From Tubulanus polymorphus (Eukaryota; Animalia; Nemertea): a stretch of 64,000 bases of DNA. Location: NCBI RefSeq assembly GCF_964204645.1, contig NC_134025.1, forward strand, positions 24,098,299 to 24,162,298, read 5' to 3'. Shown here piece after piece: positions 43,201-53,478 of this stretch. Below the pieces are notes generated by a model that had not been told where the DNA came from, did not search any database, and saw only the letters and a list, made by a program, of their open reading frames with translations. The position numbers were made by a program, and so were the translations under genes. Numbering within the stretch: the first letter of the stretch is position 1; every line of letters begins with the position of its first letter.

Positions 43201-44222
43201 ATAAAATGACAGGAGGAATTTGACGAATATTAGGCTAAAAAAATTGATACCTTGTTTCTCATTTCTGCTGAGCTTAAAAGTTGACCAGGCTGGCCGCATA
43301 TCTACTGTGTACATTTCTTTTTTTTAAATCATGATCAAGCTAACTATAACAGACCCGTCAGCTATAGAATATGAACTGACTACAAATCTTATTGCAGTTT
43401 ATAAAATGACCCGGTTGAATTGGAGAAACAAGGTATCATTTTTTTGTTAGCCTTGTAGTCACAGATTTGAATCACAGATTTGGGAACTGGTCAGTGAGTA
43501 AAAGCATATTGGTATAGTGTTTTAAGAATTTGGTGCTAACTGGAAATATAATATTTTCAGTGCACAAAACATATAATCATTCATCAATACCTTCATCTAT
43601 CATTTCAATCAAAATGAAACTTACCCTCAAGTTTATCAAATCCTAAAGCTACATCTATAGACTTTCCAGTCTTACTGGGAACATTTATTGAGCAAATATT
43701 TCCACCATAATTCAGGACTCCAACACTAACGCCTTTACCATTGGTAAAAGTATACCTAGAATTATACAGTTAATTCCTTAATTACGCACCTACAAATAAC
43801 TTGAGGATTCTGCATAAAAGAACTTTTAAAAGTGTGATATTAGCACAACTGTAATACTATTCTCTCAATAGCTAAATTGGGTGTTGACACTCTTTATCAT
43901 TACAAAATAATTATTTCCCATGGCGCACGTGACCCGAGTTCACACCCGAATACACGTACACGCCTATTTTAGTAGTGACTTGTGTATGATTTAGCGGAAA
44001 GCTGAAAAGAATAAGGCATCTAGTTGATGGTAAATAATGGGTGGCACCATGACATCATCTCTGAATTGCGGTATTGATTCCAGCAGACTAATACTACAGC
44101 ATTATTTTGCGATTTATACACAGACTACAATTCATCCGTCAGCTATTAACGGCGACATTTTACCTGTGCACATCCTTTCCGTCCGACGTGACACCGAACT
44201 TATCCGATGTTATTTGAACCAT
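7281..44222 (-). CDS. GALM: Galactose mutarotase / aldose 1-epimerase, 8 exons, 338 aa
   Basis: Exons on the minus strand: 44222-44164, 43755-43625, 43055-42901, 40368-40156, 39785-39704, 36001-35878, 12715-12544, 7361-7281 (TGA). All introns are GT-AG, phases are compatible, total 1017 nt. Translation contains [85 protein letters not shown] and LRPGETYHH, the hallmark aldose-1-epimerase motifs including the catalytic His and Glu. Confidence 0.95.
8539..8692 (+). repeat. Degenerate ~78-bp tandem duplication, 2 units
   Basis: GAAGAAAAAGA.AAC.TTCAG.GAGAAAG...TAAGAAGGA....GATGAAGATACAAA.GATT..CATC.AG.ACA occurs at 8539 and 8617. Confidence 0.75.
9813..9864 (+). repeat. Dispersed ~55-bp repeat, second copy at 26761-26815
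   Basis: ATAATAATATCAATCAAGGGAATAA...AGGGTTTTCTGC.GAATGGTCAG is present at both sites. Confidence 0.7.
12339..12477. mobile_element. MITE family B (CAGTGGCGGATC...GATCCGCCCCTG ends)
   Basis: Inverted termini. Related ends at 32387 (CAGGGGCGGATCTAGG) and 38493-38764. Confidence 0.65.
13280..13577 (-). mobile_element. MITE family A copy, inverted
   Basis: Contains ATCACACGGAGGCGATTTGGC near its start, a near reverse complement of the family A 3' end. Internal GCCTAATTA and CCAGAACCAGT match in reverse. Confidence 0.65.
14110..14155 (-). ncRNA. Minimal type-I hammerhead ribozyme motif of Penelope-like-element type
   Basis: Minus strand reads TTATTC-CTGAAGA-T-GACTA-ttaggatg-TAGTC-GAAA-CG-TT-GAATAA. 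Stem I is 6 bp (TTATTC/GAATAA), the CUGANGA core is present, stem II is 5 bp, then GAAA, a palindromic ACGU mini stem III and a GUU cleavage triplet. Confidence 0.75.
16281..16586. mobile_element. MITE family C (CAGGGTGGC ends, TTCCCTGA repeats)
   Basis: Begins CAGGGTGGC, has internal TCCCTGA repeats and ends GTGGCCATC. An inverted relative lies at 50067-50290 (TCAGGGAA repeats, ends GTGGCCACCATG). Confidence 0.6.
17464..17768 (+). mobile_element. ~300-bp MITE, family A, most complete copy
   Basis: Terminal inverted repeats CCGCGATCACA / TGTGATCGCGG flanked by TATA. Internal motifs (CCAAATTT..GCATGGG, AATGCAACTGGTTC, GCCAAATCGTCTCCGTGTGATC) are shared with three other copies. Confidence 0.75.
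18642..18802. mobile_element. Tc1/mariner-type MITE
   Basis: TA-CAGTAAGCCTCACCTAAC ... GTAAGGCGAGGTTTACTG-TA imperfect TIRs with TA target duplication. Confidence 0.65.
23621..23877 (+). mobile_element. MITE family A copy, 5'-truncated
   Basis: Shares GAGCCAAATTTT.GCATGGG, AATGCAACTGGTTC and GCCAAATCGTCTCCGTGTGATC with 17464-17768. Confidence 0.7.
33335..33602 (+). mobile_element. MITE family A copy, diverged
   Basis: Contains GGGCCAAATTTGGCC, ATGGGTCAAA, TAATTAG..ACGG and GGGCCAAATC in the same order as the other copies. Confidence 0.5.
38493..38764. mobile_element. MITE family B copy
   Basis: CAGTGACGGATCC ... GGATCCGCCCAGG termini with G-rich and C-rich subterminal tracts. Confidence 0.6.
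41769..41909 (+). CDS. Putative upstream alternative exon of hnRNP L, lying antisense within GALM intron 3
   Basis: Acceptor ttttacAG and donor CAG|GTAGGC. Open frame (ATG at 41790) [40 protein letters not shown] ends in phase 0. This is compatible with a phase-0 acceptor at 44460 (tttgtgcAG|ATGAAG, in frame with hnRNP L exon 1) or with exon 2 at 45043. Confidence 0.5.
43231..43454. mobile_element. MITE with long TIRs in GALM intron 2
   Basis: Perfect 16-bp inverted repeat TGATACCTTGTTTCTC (43245-43260) / GAGAAACAAGGTATCA (43423-43438), extended outward by AGGCTAA / TTAGCCT. Confidence 0.65.
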
Positions 44223-44564
44223 TCTAGAAGTGTAATCGATTGGGTTATTAGCTCGAGGTGATTTTAAAGTGATTTTGACAGTTTATTTGTGTCAACACAA
44301 GAAAGCAAACGATTTACTTCCTGGTTCAGTCACGTGACCAATCAGAGTTGTTAATCTCCGCTTTGGTTTGTATATCTACTTTTGATATCAAATATCATAT
44401 GGAATGATACGTGATGAAATAACCCCGGTTATTGATTACAGACTCCGCTGTTTGTGCAGATGAAGAGAAATTCGGACGATGCCGAAATAACCGACGGAAA
44501 TTCGAACGTTCATGTCGTGACGAGAGTATCCGTAGAAGACCGGCATCATCTCGAGGAGAACAAA
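44223..44564. promoter_or_regulatory. Bidirectional promoter / 5' region shared by GALM and hnRNP L
   Basis: The divergent ATGs are only ~340 bp apart. The interval holds ACTTCCTG (ETS-like, 44316-44323) and the palindrome GTCACGTGAC (E-box/CLEAR-like, 44329-44338) abutting CCAAT (44338-44342). AAAATGGCG surrounds the hnRNP L start. Confidence 0.6.
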
Positions 44565-47500
44565 ATGGCGTCGAATAGCTACGACGGGCATGTGACGAAG
44601 CGACAAAGAACTGACATCGACGGTCACGGAATACAATCTGGATACGGGGTAAGTTGTTTTCATTTACGTTAATATCGTTAGCATCAACTGGTGTATATTT
44701 TGATGATCGTCCTGCATTATTAACTGCACAGTAATCGGTAGTTTCTCGTCGGGAAAACAACGCGTGTTTTGACTTTGTTTGTTTGGTGGGTTAACATATT
44801 TAACAAGTGAAGACAGACTGGTTAAACTTTAAACAGAAGGGAAGTTATCGATCGAGCAAACTAAACTGTCATATCACTGAAAGTTTCTGAAATATTTTAC
44901 CTTCTCTAAAACAGGCAAAAACAATGATGTTAGTTCTTTGTCATATTAAATTCAAAATGTATGCAAACGATTCAATCAATCAATCATGCATGCGATGCCA
45001 ATCTGATTATTTGATCCAATGGAATTCATTTTTTACTTATAGGACAAATATGGTGAACGTCAGAAACCATCTGCATCGCCAGTTGTTCATGTCCGAGGAT
45101 TGACAGAAGGTGTTACAGAAAAAGATGTAGCAGAGGCTGTAGGATCATTCGGATCAGTCGAGTAATTCTACCTTTATTCAGTAGATGGCATTATGTGACA
45201 GGGAATTTCAATTTATTGAAAAATGCTTTCGATTTGTTTTTCAGCTACATATTAATGCTGCACAAGAAAAGGCAAGCTCTTGTAGAATTTGATGTAAGTA
45301 ATTAAAGGATTTAACTCTAGATTCCTTAAAAAGACTTTCGTCAATTCGGATTACTTTTGAATTTTTTCTTCTTTCCAAGTTTTTTACTGTAATCCTTATC
45401 TTTTAACAGGATGTTCAAGCAGCTGTTGATATTGTCAACTTTGCACAAGTGAGTCGTGCAAAAAGCTTGAATTTCAACCCTCAAAATTTATCGGCGATTT
45501 TCGCATCGACTATTCGACGATATGAATATTTCTTTTTTTGTTTAGAGCGGAAGCATTCATGTAGGGGGCTATCCGGCGTATTTCAATTTTTCAACAAGTC
45601 AGAAGATTCAAAGACATTCTTCAAGCGGCGATACACGGAACATGAATGCTAGTCTATCCAGCGAAGCCAATCACATTCTGTTATTTACAGTTTTGAAACC
45701 AGTTTATCCGATAACAGTGGTAAGTGGCTATTTCCTGCGTCACATTGATAGTATAATTAATTGATTTTGGTGTTGTTTTTTTTTTTAAATATCGACTATA
45801 TATGTTTTACATTAAGTTATTTTGCTTAGGTCAAATTTGACATTAATATCAAAGTTATAGATATGAAAAGACTGAAAATGAACTAATTCAAATAAATTAT
45901 TAGAGCAAAATAATAATGATTGTAATGGTTATAATGTTTAGTAGCAGTATGATAATCGTTATGTAATGAATATGATTTTGAGGTCAGCGGGTAATATTAA
46001 TCAATATATGTTCAGGCTTGACATCAACATCTTAGATAATTTAATTTCTGTGTCTTTTTGCGGTTCATCGATTTCGTCGGAGCTAAAATCACAGTTTTTG
46101 TTTATGTTTTTTTTTTTTCAGGATGTAATGCATACGATTTGTTCTCCAAACGGCGATGTTCAACGAATCGTCATTTTCAAGAAGAACGGCATCCAAGCTA
46201 TGGTCGAATATCCTTTTCATCAAAATTTTTACCCTTATATTTGATATTCGAGGGACTTCGTTTTTATTTTTTTAGTAAATCAGTTTAACAGTCTTCTTAT
46301 TTTGTTCCCAATAATTCGATACTTGGTGATAAAACGATATATCCAATAACTGATAGTTCCTTGACAGATATTACGTTTGATACCGTTGAAAATGCAAAGA
46401 GGGCTAAATCTGCGCTCAATGGGTGTGACATCTATTCTGGTTGCTGTACTCTGAAAATCGATTATGCGAAGGTATTGAGCTTGGCCCTGTTTGTTTTATT
46501 AACTTATGGATTTTGATGGCGAATGTTAGAGCAATGTATCTTACTTATGGCTTGATTGTTATTGCTTTTTAGACATCAAAATTGAATGTGTATAAGAATG
46601 ATAACTATGAGAGCTGGGATTACACGACCCCTAATCCAGGTGAGTTGGTAACTTCTGTTGCTTTACTAAAAGTAATTAAACCGTGACATTCAGAAAATGG
46701 TATTATCTTTTACTTAATCATGTTGCAATATTCTTCGATAATACTGAAAAAAACATCATTTGAGTATTAATCAATTTGAGGAAAAAGGTTGAATTTGTCT
46801 GAGGATTTTCAGTTACTTACCACTGAATTATTTGCATATTCTTTTAAATTACGTATATTATTTGAGGCTAACAAATACAAATTTTGACCAGGATATTTTA
46901 CAAATATTGTGTTCTAGAAATATTACATGACCTACAATAAGGATATATAATATATACATGTAGTTGCTTTTTACAGAATTCTTGCTGAAGAATTTCTTAT
47001 AACAATATGACATGTAACTTGGCATGTTCTCATTGACACAGTATCTCATTCACTGAATATTCATATGTTATGCAATATCATCATTACTACAATATTTCAA
47101 TGTATTCTTTTCTGTATTTTTTCACATCTAAGAAATCTACGGAACACGAAAAATGAAGTCACAACATTCGCTCTCTATAAAGATATCTGTTAATGGTACA
47201 TTTTCAGGTTGCTGACCAGTAGTATACTGCAGCTATACTACTTTCATTTCATTATTCCAAACACGGCACTGCGGCACTGTTAAACAAGCACTTCAATAAT
47301 TCATTGATAGTCCTATCCTTTCAACAGTTAACATGGAAAAATTACACATCTTTTTTACAAGAAGTTTGGTTCTATATATACTGCCTACAGAATTATTTAT
47401 CGAAAACGTTTTGTTTTTGTTGAAGTAACTTCGCAAAGCATAGAGACGTCGACATTTTCATCGATCATTTTAAGTGTGCCAGTAAATTTCAGCACAAGGA

Positions 47501-50500
47501 AGAACAAACAAGAAGAGAAATCGCGACAAGAATGAACGAACGAAAATAGGAAGACAAGCTACAATATTTCATCGAATACATCATTTAAAGCATGTTCATT
47601 ATACACATAATTGACATGTTTTGTTACATTTGCAGCGCAAATACTGGGGTAGCAAATCTTCAGTGTCAAGAGTGTCTTGATAGTTGCCCTGTGGTATCGA
47701 CAAATATAAAATTTGCCCGTTCTCTGCGTGGCAAGAGAGTTGTTTCTGATTATTTTACATGAATACAGTTTCGTTGTGTATACATGTCTGTGTCGAGTTG
47801 AAATATTCATCTTTTCATTACATGCATATTAATATCGCGGAACAAGCGAACAATATCTGTGTTTTGTTTTTTTGTAAAACCATGAATACGCATCCATTAT
47901 TAATATATACATGTATTTATATGCAGTTATATGTCTTGGATAACTGGTGACTGAAAGAAAATAAAAGCAAATAATACCATATTTTATTCCGTAGTCACCA
48001 GTTCTTCACAATATATCATGTTTTTTATTTGTTAACAATATATATTTTGAACACATTCCTGATACATGATATCTATATACCCGATATATAATTATAATAT
48101 TTTTTGTATTAGCATATTCACCTCAGCAAATTCTCAGCGGACAGTATGCAGGCACTCGCAAACCTTCATATTAAAATATAAATTTTATCAAAAGGGAAAA
48201 CTCCACTCGTCATCAACAACTTAACATAGTGAACGGTCTTTAAGAATACAAATGAACTGACTTATGAACTATACACTGGCATCATTCAATTATTCTCTAA
48301 TCTCATGAAAATACATTCCCAAAAAAACATTTGATGTGATAACCGCTTACAGGATAGTGGTTATTTAGGCTAAATTGATGACTAACCGACGATCGGTTCA
48401 AAATCATTAACATTACTAATCTGAAAGTAAGAATGTTATTTGCAACAAATTAATACTATTGAATATATAACATTTAAAAAACTCATTGGCAAGGCAAACT
48501 CAACAACCAAAACCAAACTTGATTTCTTGCGGATGAACCAGTATTCCATTTTTGAGTTCTGACCAACATCAAATTTGTCAAATAGCGACTATCGCTAAAA
48601 AAAACCCATCAATATACATGAATACTAGCAAAATAAGCATTATAAGATAATTACTTAGATGTCTAATCTCATGGAAATTGAAAATTAGAAGTGGGTTTTA
48701 AGTCAGTGATGGTTTTCAATTTTGATGTTGCCAGGCTTCGGGAAGGTTGTGCAATGCCTGGTTTACTGTGATGCAGAGGGTTTGGCTGCTGCGTGAGACA
48801 TGCACATCCAGAAATAAAGGTAAATCATGTAATTTTTCCGCTTTCCTTTTAAAAGGGGAATAAAATTTCATACTGATGTTAGCATGAAAGCTCCATTAAT
48901 TGAAATATGATTGTGATTTAACAGCGGTTCTTTGTTTGATAAGGACGCCAAGGAAATTTCACAATGTTAACGATTAGTAGTGATTTTTTCCAGTATACTC
49001 TGTTACAATAGCGATTGTGTACATAGATGTCTGTATCGATATCGGTGATCGTTAGTGAAGCTAAACATTATTGATTTGATTTCCACTTCTATTGCAGGTC
49101 GAGAACCAGTGACGCCTCCACGGAATCCGCCGCTGCTTCAGGATCCTCATTATAGTTCAGTACCAACACCATACAGTGAGTATAGGTGGCCAATACCACC
49201 AGACATCTTCATATACACAAAACAATAGGTGATAGGCTAGACAACATTTCGACGAATCGCATCGATTTGAATAAATCTTATTTCTGCCAGAATTTGTCGG
49301 GGTTTTGTTTCCTTTGGACTTTTGAATTTGCGCGTGATATCGCTTATTTCTAGTCGTCATAAAAACAAATGACTATACAATACATTAGTCCGAAAAATTT
49401 ACATTTAACAATGCTCATATGACCTATTTGTGTGTATTTGGTGTTCTTTTTGTTCATGGCCACCTGTACCCATTGTTGCATTGTACATTTTAATATATAT
49501 ATATATACATGTGGTATGTTTGCACCTTTTGTGGCACTATATTTAAAAATAACAATACATCACTGATGGCTTAACGATTTTATCATTGAGGCTCTATGCC
49601 TGAATGGTATATACAGGCTTATATTAAAGAGCATGTAATGAAAGTATCTCGAACAAGTTATTGTTGACGGTGGTGGTTTTACTCAAAATTGTTGTTATGA
49701 AATTTACAACTATCAATCAACCCTGGTACAAGTGTGGCTTTCACTGTGATGACCACTCACTGAGAAACTGCATTATTTCAAATTATTCATTTCGCTATTT
49801 TCAGGTCCAGGGTCATCGCATGCCCCTCCGCCGAGTCGCAACTATCCGAGCAGCCATCCGGGCGGATTTGGCGGGCGTGATCTCGGCCCTCCGGATGAGC
49901 CGTACAATAATGGCTACAGTCGACATCCTCCTAGCGGCTATGGGTATCACCCTCCACCGGAATATGGCCGAGGTGCTTATGGTCGACCGGAATATGGACG
50001 CGAACGTTACCCACCCTCCGTGAGTCATATCTTACTATCACATGAGTTCATTATTAATTGAATAATCCAGGTGTCCACTCAACTGGAAATCAGGGAATCT
50101 GCTTTTTTTTTAAATCAGGGAATTTTGTTTAAAAAAAAGTCAGGGTAATTTGAGATTTCTAGATCGCGCGTAAAATCGAACAATTTCCACCTATGCTTTA
50201 TGTTTTTGACTGTAATTGATTGGATTATTAGCATATCAAGTCAGGGAAAATTCGGGCAAAAAGCAAGACAAACAAAAGTGGCCACCATGTAATCATTCAT
50301 AAGAATCATAGTACTTAACAAACAATTTTGCAGGATCCGTACGGACCCCCTGAACGATTCAACGGGCCAGTGCCCCCGAGTTACGGCAAACCTCCGATGT
50401 ACGGAGATAGGAATAGTGGCCCGCCGCCTGGTTCTATGCACGAACCGATGGTTACCGGCTCGGGTATTCCTCAACAAGGAGCCGTTCTAATGGTGTACGG

Positions 50501-51868
50501 TTTGAATATGGAGCGTATGAATTGTGATCGTCTCTTCAACATGTTCTGTCTCTACGGTAATGTCGTACGGGTAAGTTGTACTCTTCGATGCGGATCGCTT
50601 TCTTTTCGTCTTTGTAATCCTCGTGTTTTACATATGAATTTTTCATTCCTTCATCGCAGATCAAGTTTCTCAAATCGAAAGAAGGCGTTGCGATGATTCA
50701 GATGGGGGATGCTTTGTCGGTGGATCGGTCTCTTGTGAATCTCAATAACAGTTTCTTCTTTGATTCAAAACTTCAACTCGGGTATGTTGTTGTAGCCTGT
50801 AACTGCATATGGACATTATGATGATTTGCCGTTATGAAGTACGTAATAATGACAACTTTTTCCCTGTTTCAGAAAATCAAAGCAAGCATTCCTTCAAGAT
50901 GTACCAAATCCTCATGATCTACCCGATGGTACACCCTCGTTCAAGGACTACATGGGCAACAGGAACAATCGATTCACGAATCCGGAGTCGGCTCAGAAGA
51001 ATCGAATTCAACCACCAGCTAAAGTCCTCCATTATTTCAACGCTCCGCCGAATATGTCCGAGACTGAAATCAGTGACGTAAGTAAAGAACTAAATCGCTC
51101 ACATTCGCATTGAAATATCCAGTGTTTAGGCTCACTTGATAGAATATTTCTCTAACTTGATTTAGCCAGGAATATCTACGCAGCAAGGCTATTAGAAATA
51201 AAAATCTGAATGGATCCACATGATATATAAATTTTGTGTTTACATTTCCCGCACATTTTTTCAGTTGTTCGAAAACAAAGGTATCAAAGGTCCAAATCGA
51301 GTGAAACCATTCCCTTCGAAGAGTAAGTGTAGCGAATCCTTTAACTTGAATGGCAAAAAAAGCATTAAAAGCATAAAGAACATTTTGATGAATGACCATT
51401 TTGGGATTGTTTCTGTGTAACAGGTGAAAGGAGCTCAACAGGGCTGATCGAATTCGAAAATAAAGCCGAAGCTATGGAAGCGCTGATATGTGCCAACCAT
51501 GAACAGGTTCCAAATCCGAGTACGTATATTTCTAATCTGTTTTCCGGATTATAACCGGTATTTCAAATTATCGTTTTACAGTCAAACCCGCTTAATCGGG
51601 ATTAATTCCATGCGAGAAATTCAAATTAAACGTCTTAAAACATATTTTACGTACATTGATTTATTGGTGGAACATGAATAATATCTGGATAAGATTGAAA
51701 TCTGGATTAAATTGATCGGGACTAATCCAGTTTGACTATAGTAGTAGTCTTAAAGATTTGAAATTAAACGAGTATGTGTTTCGTTCTCTTTTAGATGGAA
51801 AAAACCCGTACATATTCAAGATGTGTTTTTCGATGGCACCCATCAAATCGAACGATCATCAGCAATAA
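44565..51868 (+). CDS. HNRNPL: Heterogeneous nuclear ribonucleoprotein L (hnRNP L / smooth-like; 4 RRMs with a Pro/Gly/Tyr-rich linker), 16 exons, 599 aa
   Basis: Exons: 44565-44648, 45043-45161, 45245-45293, 45410-45448, 45546-45719, 46122-46207, 46375-46471, 46573-46639, 49098-49175, 49805-50019, 50334-50570, 50660-50781, 50873-51077, 51265-51322, 51424-51519, 51795-51868 (TAA). Total 1800 nt, in frame. Motifs typical of hnRNP L/LL: SPVVHVRGL, KRQALVEF, NHILLFTVLKPVYPITVDV, RIVIFKKNGIQAMVEF, LNGCDIYSGCCTLKIDYAK, VLMVYGL, MNCDRLFNMFCLYGNV, NRNNRF, KNRIQPPAKVLHYFNAP, ERSSTGLIEF. Confidence 0.95.
46208..46374 (+). other. U12-type (minor spliceosome) AT-AC intron in hnRNP L
   Basis: 5' end ATATCCTTTT, branch sequence TTCCTTGAC at 46357-46365, 3' end TAC. 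Removing it restores GIQAMVE|FDTVENAKRA in RRM2. Confidence 0.93.
48735..48819 (+). other. Candidate poison (PTC-containing) cassette exon in hnRNP L intron 8
   Basis: Acceptor ttttgatgttgccAG and donor AAG|GTAAAT enclose an 85-nt block that is GC-richer than the surrounding intron. In-frame TGA at 48794-48796 when spliced after exon 46573-46639. Confidence 0.55.
50067..50290. mobile_element. MITE family C copy in a hnRNP L intron
   Basis: CAGGTGTCCAC ... GTGGCCACCATG termini. Repeated TCAGGGAA is the reverse complement of the repeats in 16281-16586. Confidence 0.55.
51577..51740. mobile_element. Tc1/mariner-type MITE in the last hnRNP L intron
   Basis: TACAGTCAAAC ... GTTTGACTATA imperfect TIRs; internal GGAT(T/A)A repeats. 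Confidence 0.55.
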
Positions 51869-53478
51869 GAGTTTGAACTGTCGGCTGTTCTCCCCGTTTT
51901 GTAAATAACTCTGTCTTTCTGTTAACAACAACAGGAAAATTTTCACGTCGTTTACCGCGTAATTGCGACCTTCATTTATTTCTAACCAGCGCGCGAAATG
52001 GATGATTTTCCTTCGTGTGTTCATGATATGGATGTAAATTCGTGTAATCTACTTTCAGAATTTTAGCGAAAAATTCTGACTATGTGTACAGTTTTCTAGC
52101 AATGCCTGTCAAAATGTTTGTTTCAAATCAATGGCACAATGTCCTTCATCCAGTTCCATGCTTGCGAGTTAGAGTTAATTCTTAAATTAGTTCGTTTTCA
52201 TCTTTGTTATCTTTGAGTCAAATCTTCAACTCAAATTAGACAAAACTGTGGAACTTGGTCCTGTGCATTGCAATATATAGATTCTTGATCCCCAGCCATA
52301 ATACAGCTTCACTTTTCATCTTGATTACAATGATAATTTTGTTTAATTTTAGCCCCTTGAACATGACAATTAACTGTTTTAGTGGTCAGCTTTTATTTTT
52401 AGTACTGTTACTCAACCAAAATTCAGTTGCAAAAATTTTGCGAGCAAATTTTTAAGTTTAGCAAGTGTACTGTTAAATTTCAGTTATTAGTGGGTGTTGA
52501 CTTCAAAAAATTTGACTTGCTGGTGTTATTTTGTTAAATGTTTTCGCAGTGTTGCAATTTTTTGCGACACTCCGTTGGAATTGCATGTTGTTCGCAACGC
52601 AACTTATGGTCATTATGTATTAAAGATTCCACGGCTAATTTCCGTAGTTTTGTATTACATGTTTATGATACCGGGTAAATACATAAAAAATATATAGACA
52701 CTGTTGCAAGTGTGCATCTATTCTGAAGCTCCTCGACTTATTTGTCTGGTTGCAGACGAAAAAAATTGTTACTAGAATATGAAGGTGACACAATTTCAAA
52801 AAGGAAAACATTACTAGAAGTTATTGTTAATATTCCACTGAAATAATGTAGCCTATTTTTATAATGAAGCAATGTACATATAACACATCAATGTTTCACC
52901 CCATTTGAAATTATTGTCCTTCAATCGTTGAATCGTTTGTAGTTTGACAAGTATATTAATTAATTACTGGTGAATAATGTGAAGATTTATTATTACCATA
53001 TTTACAACTCCATCACTGTACAGATCCAATAGGTGAAAAAAATAAAGAATGGCTTTGTGTAAAATATTTTGTTATGATTTTTGCGTTCTATTCTGCATCC
53101 GGACGGGAAGGTTCATTTGTTGTGCATGTAGGGACTTGTCACAATTGATAGCAAATGAATAGAACCAGTCTTTGACCAACAGCTGTTGGTTACAGTAGGA
53201 TCGCAGTAGAGCGACGGAGATCTAGTGGAAACATCCTCTACCAGGACGGTTAAATTCCGAAAAAATACTGATCACGCCAAGCGAAATTCCGGGGGCCGTA
53301 CGGTGCTGCCACCAAGTCATTCATGGCTCTCACGTACACGATCGAGTCTGTTTTCATTCAGATTTGACAGATGCTCCCAACCCAACGACGGCAAAAATGC
53401 GTGTTCTGTGAAATGTGAACGTATATTGATTTCACCTGCTATCCAAAAGTTTATGAACTAACTAAAGAAGCTGTAAGG

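Noticed and set aside
49661-50028. ORFs 49661-50023 (+) and 49813-50028 (-)
   Set aside because: They are alternative-frame or antisense shadows of the hnRNP L Pro/Gly-rich exon 49805-50019.
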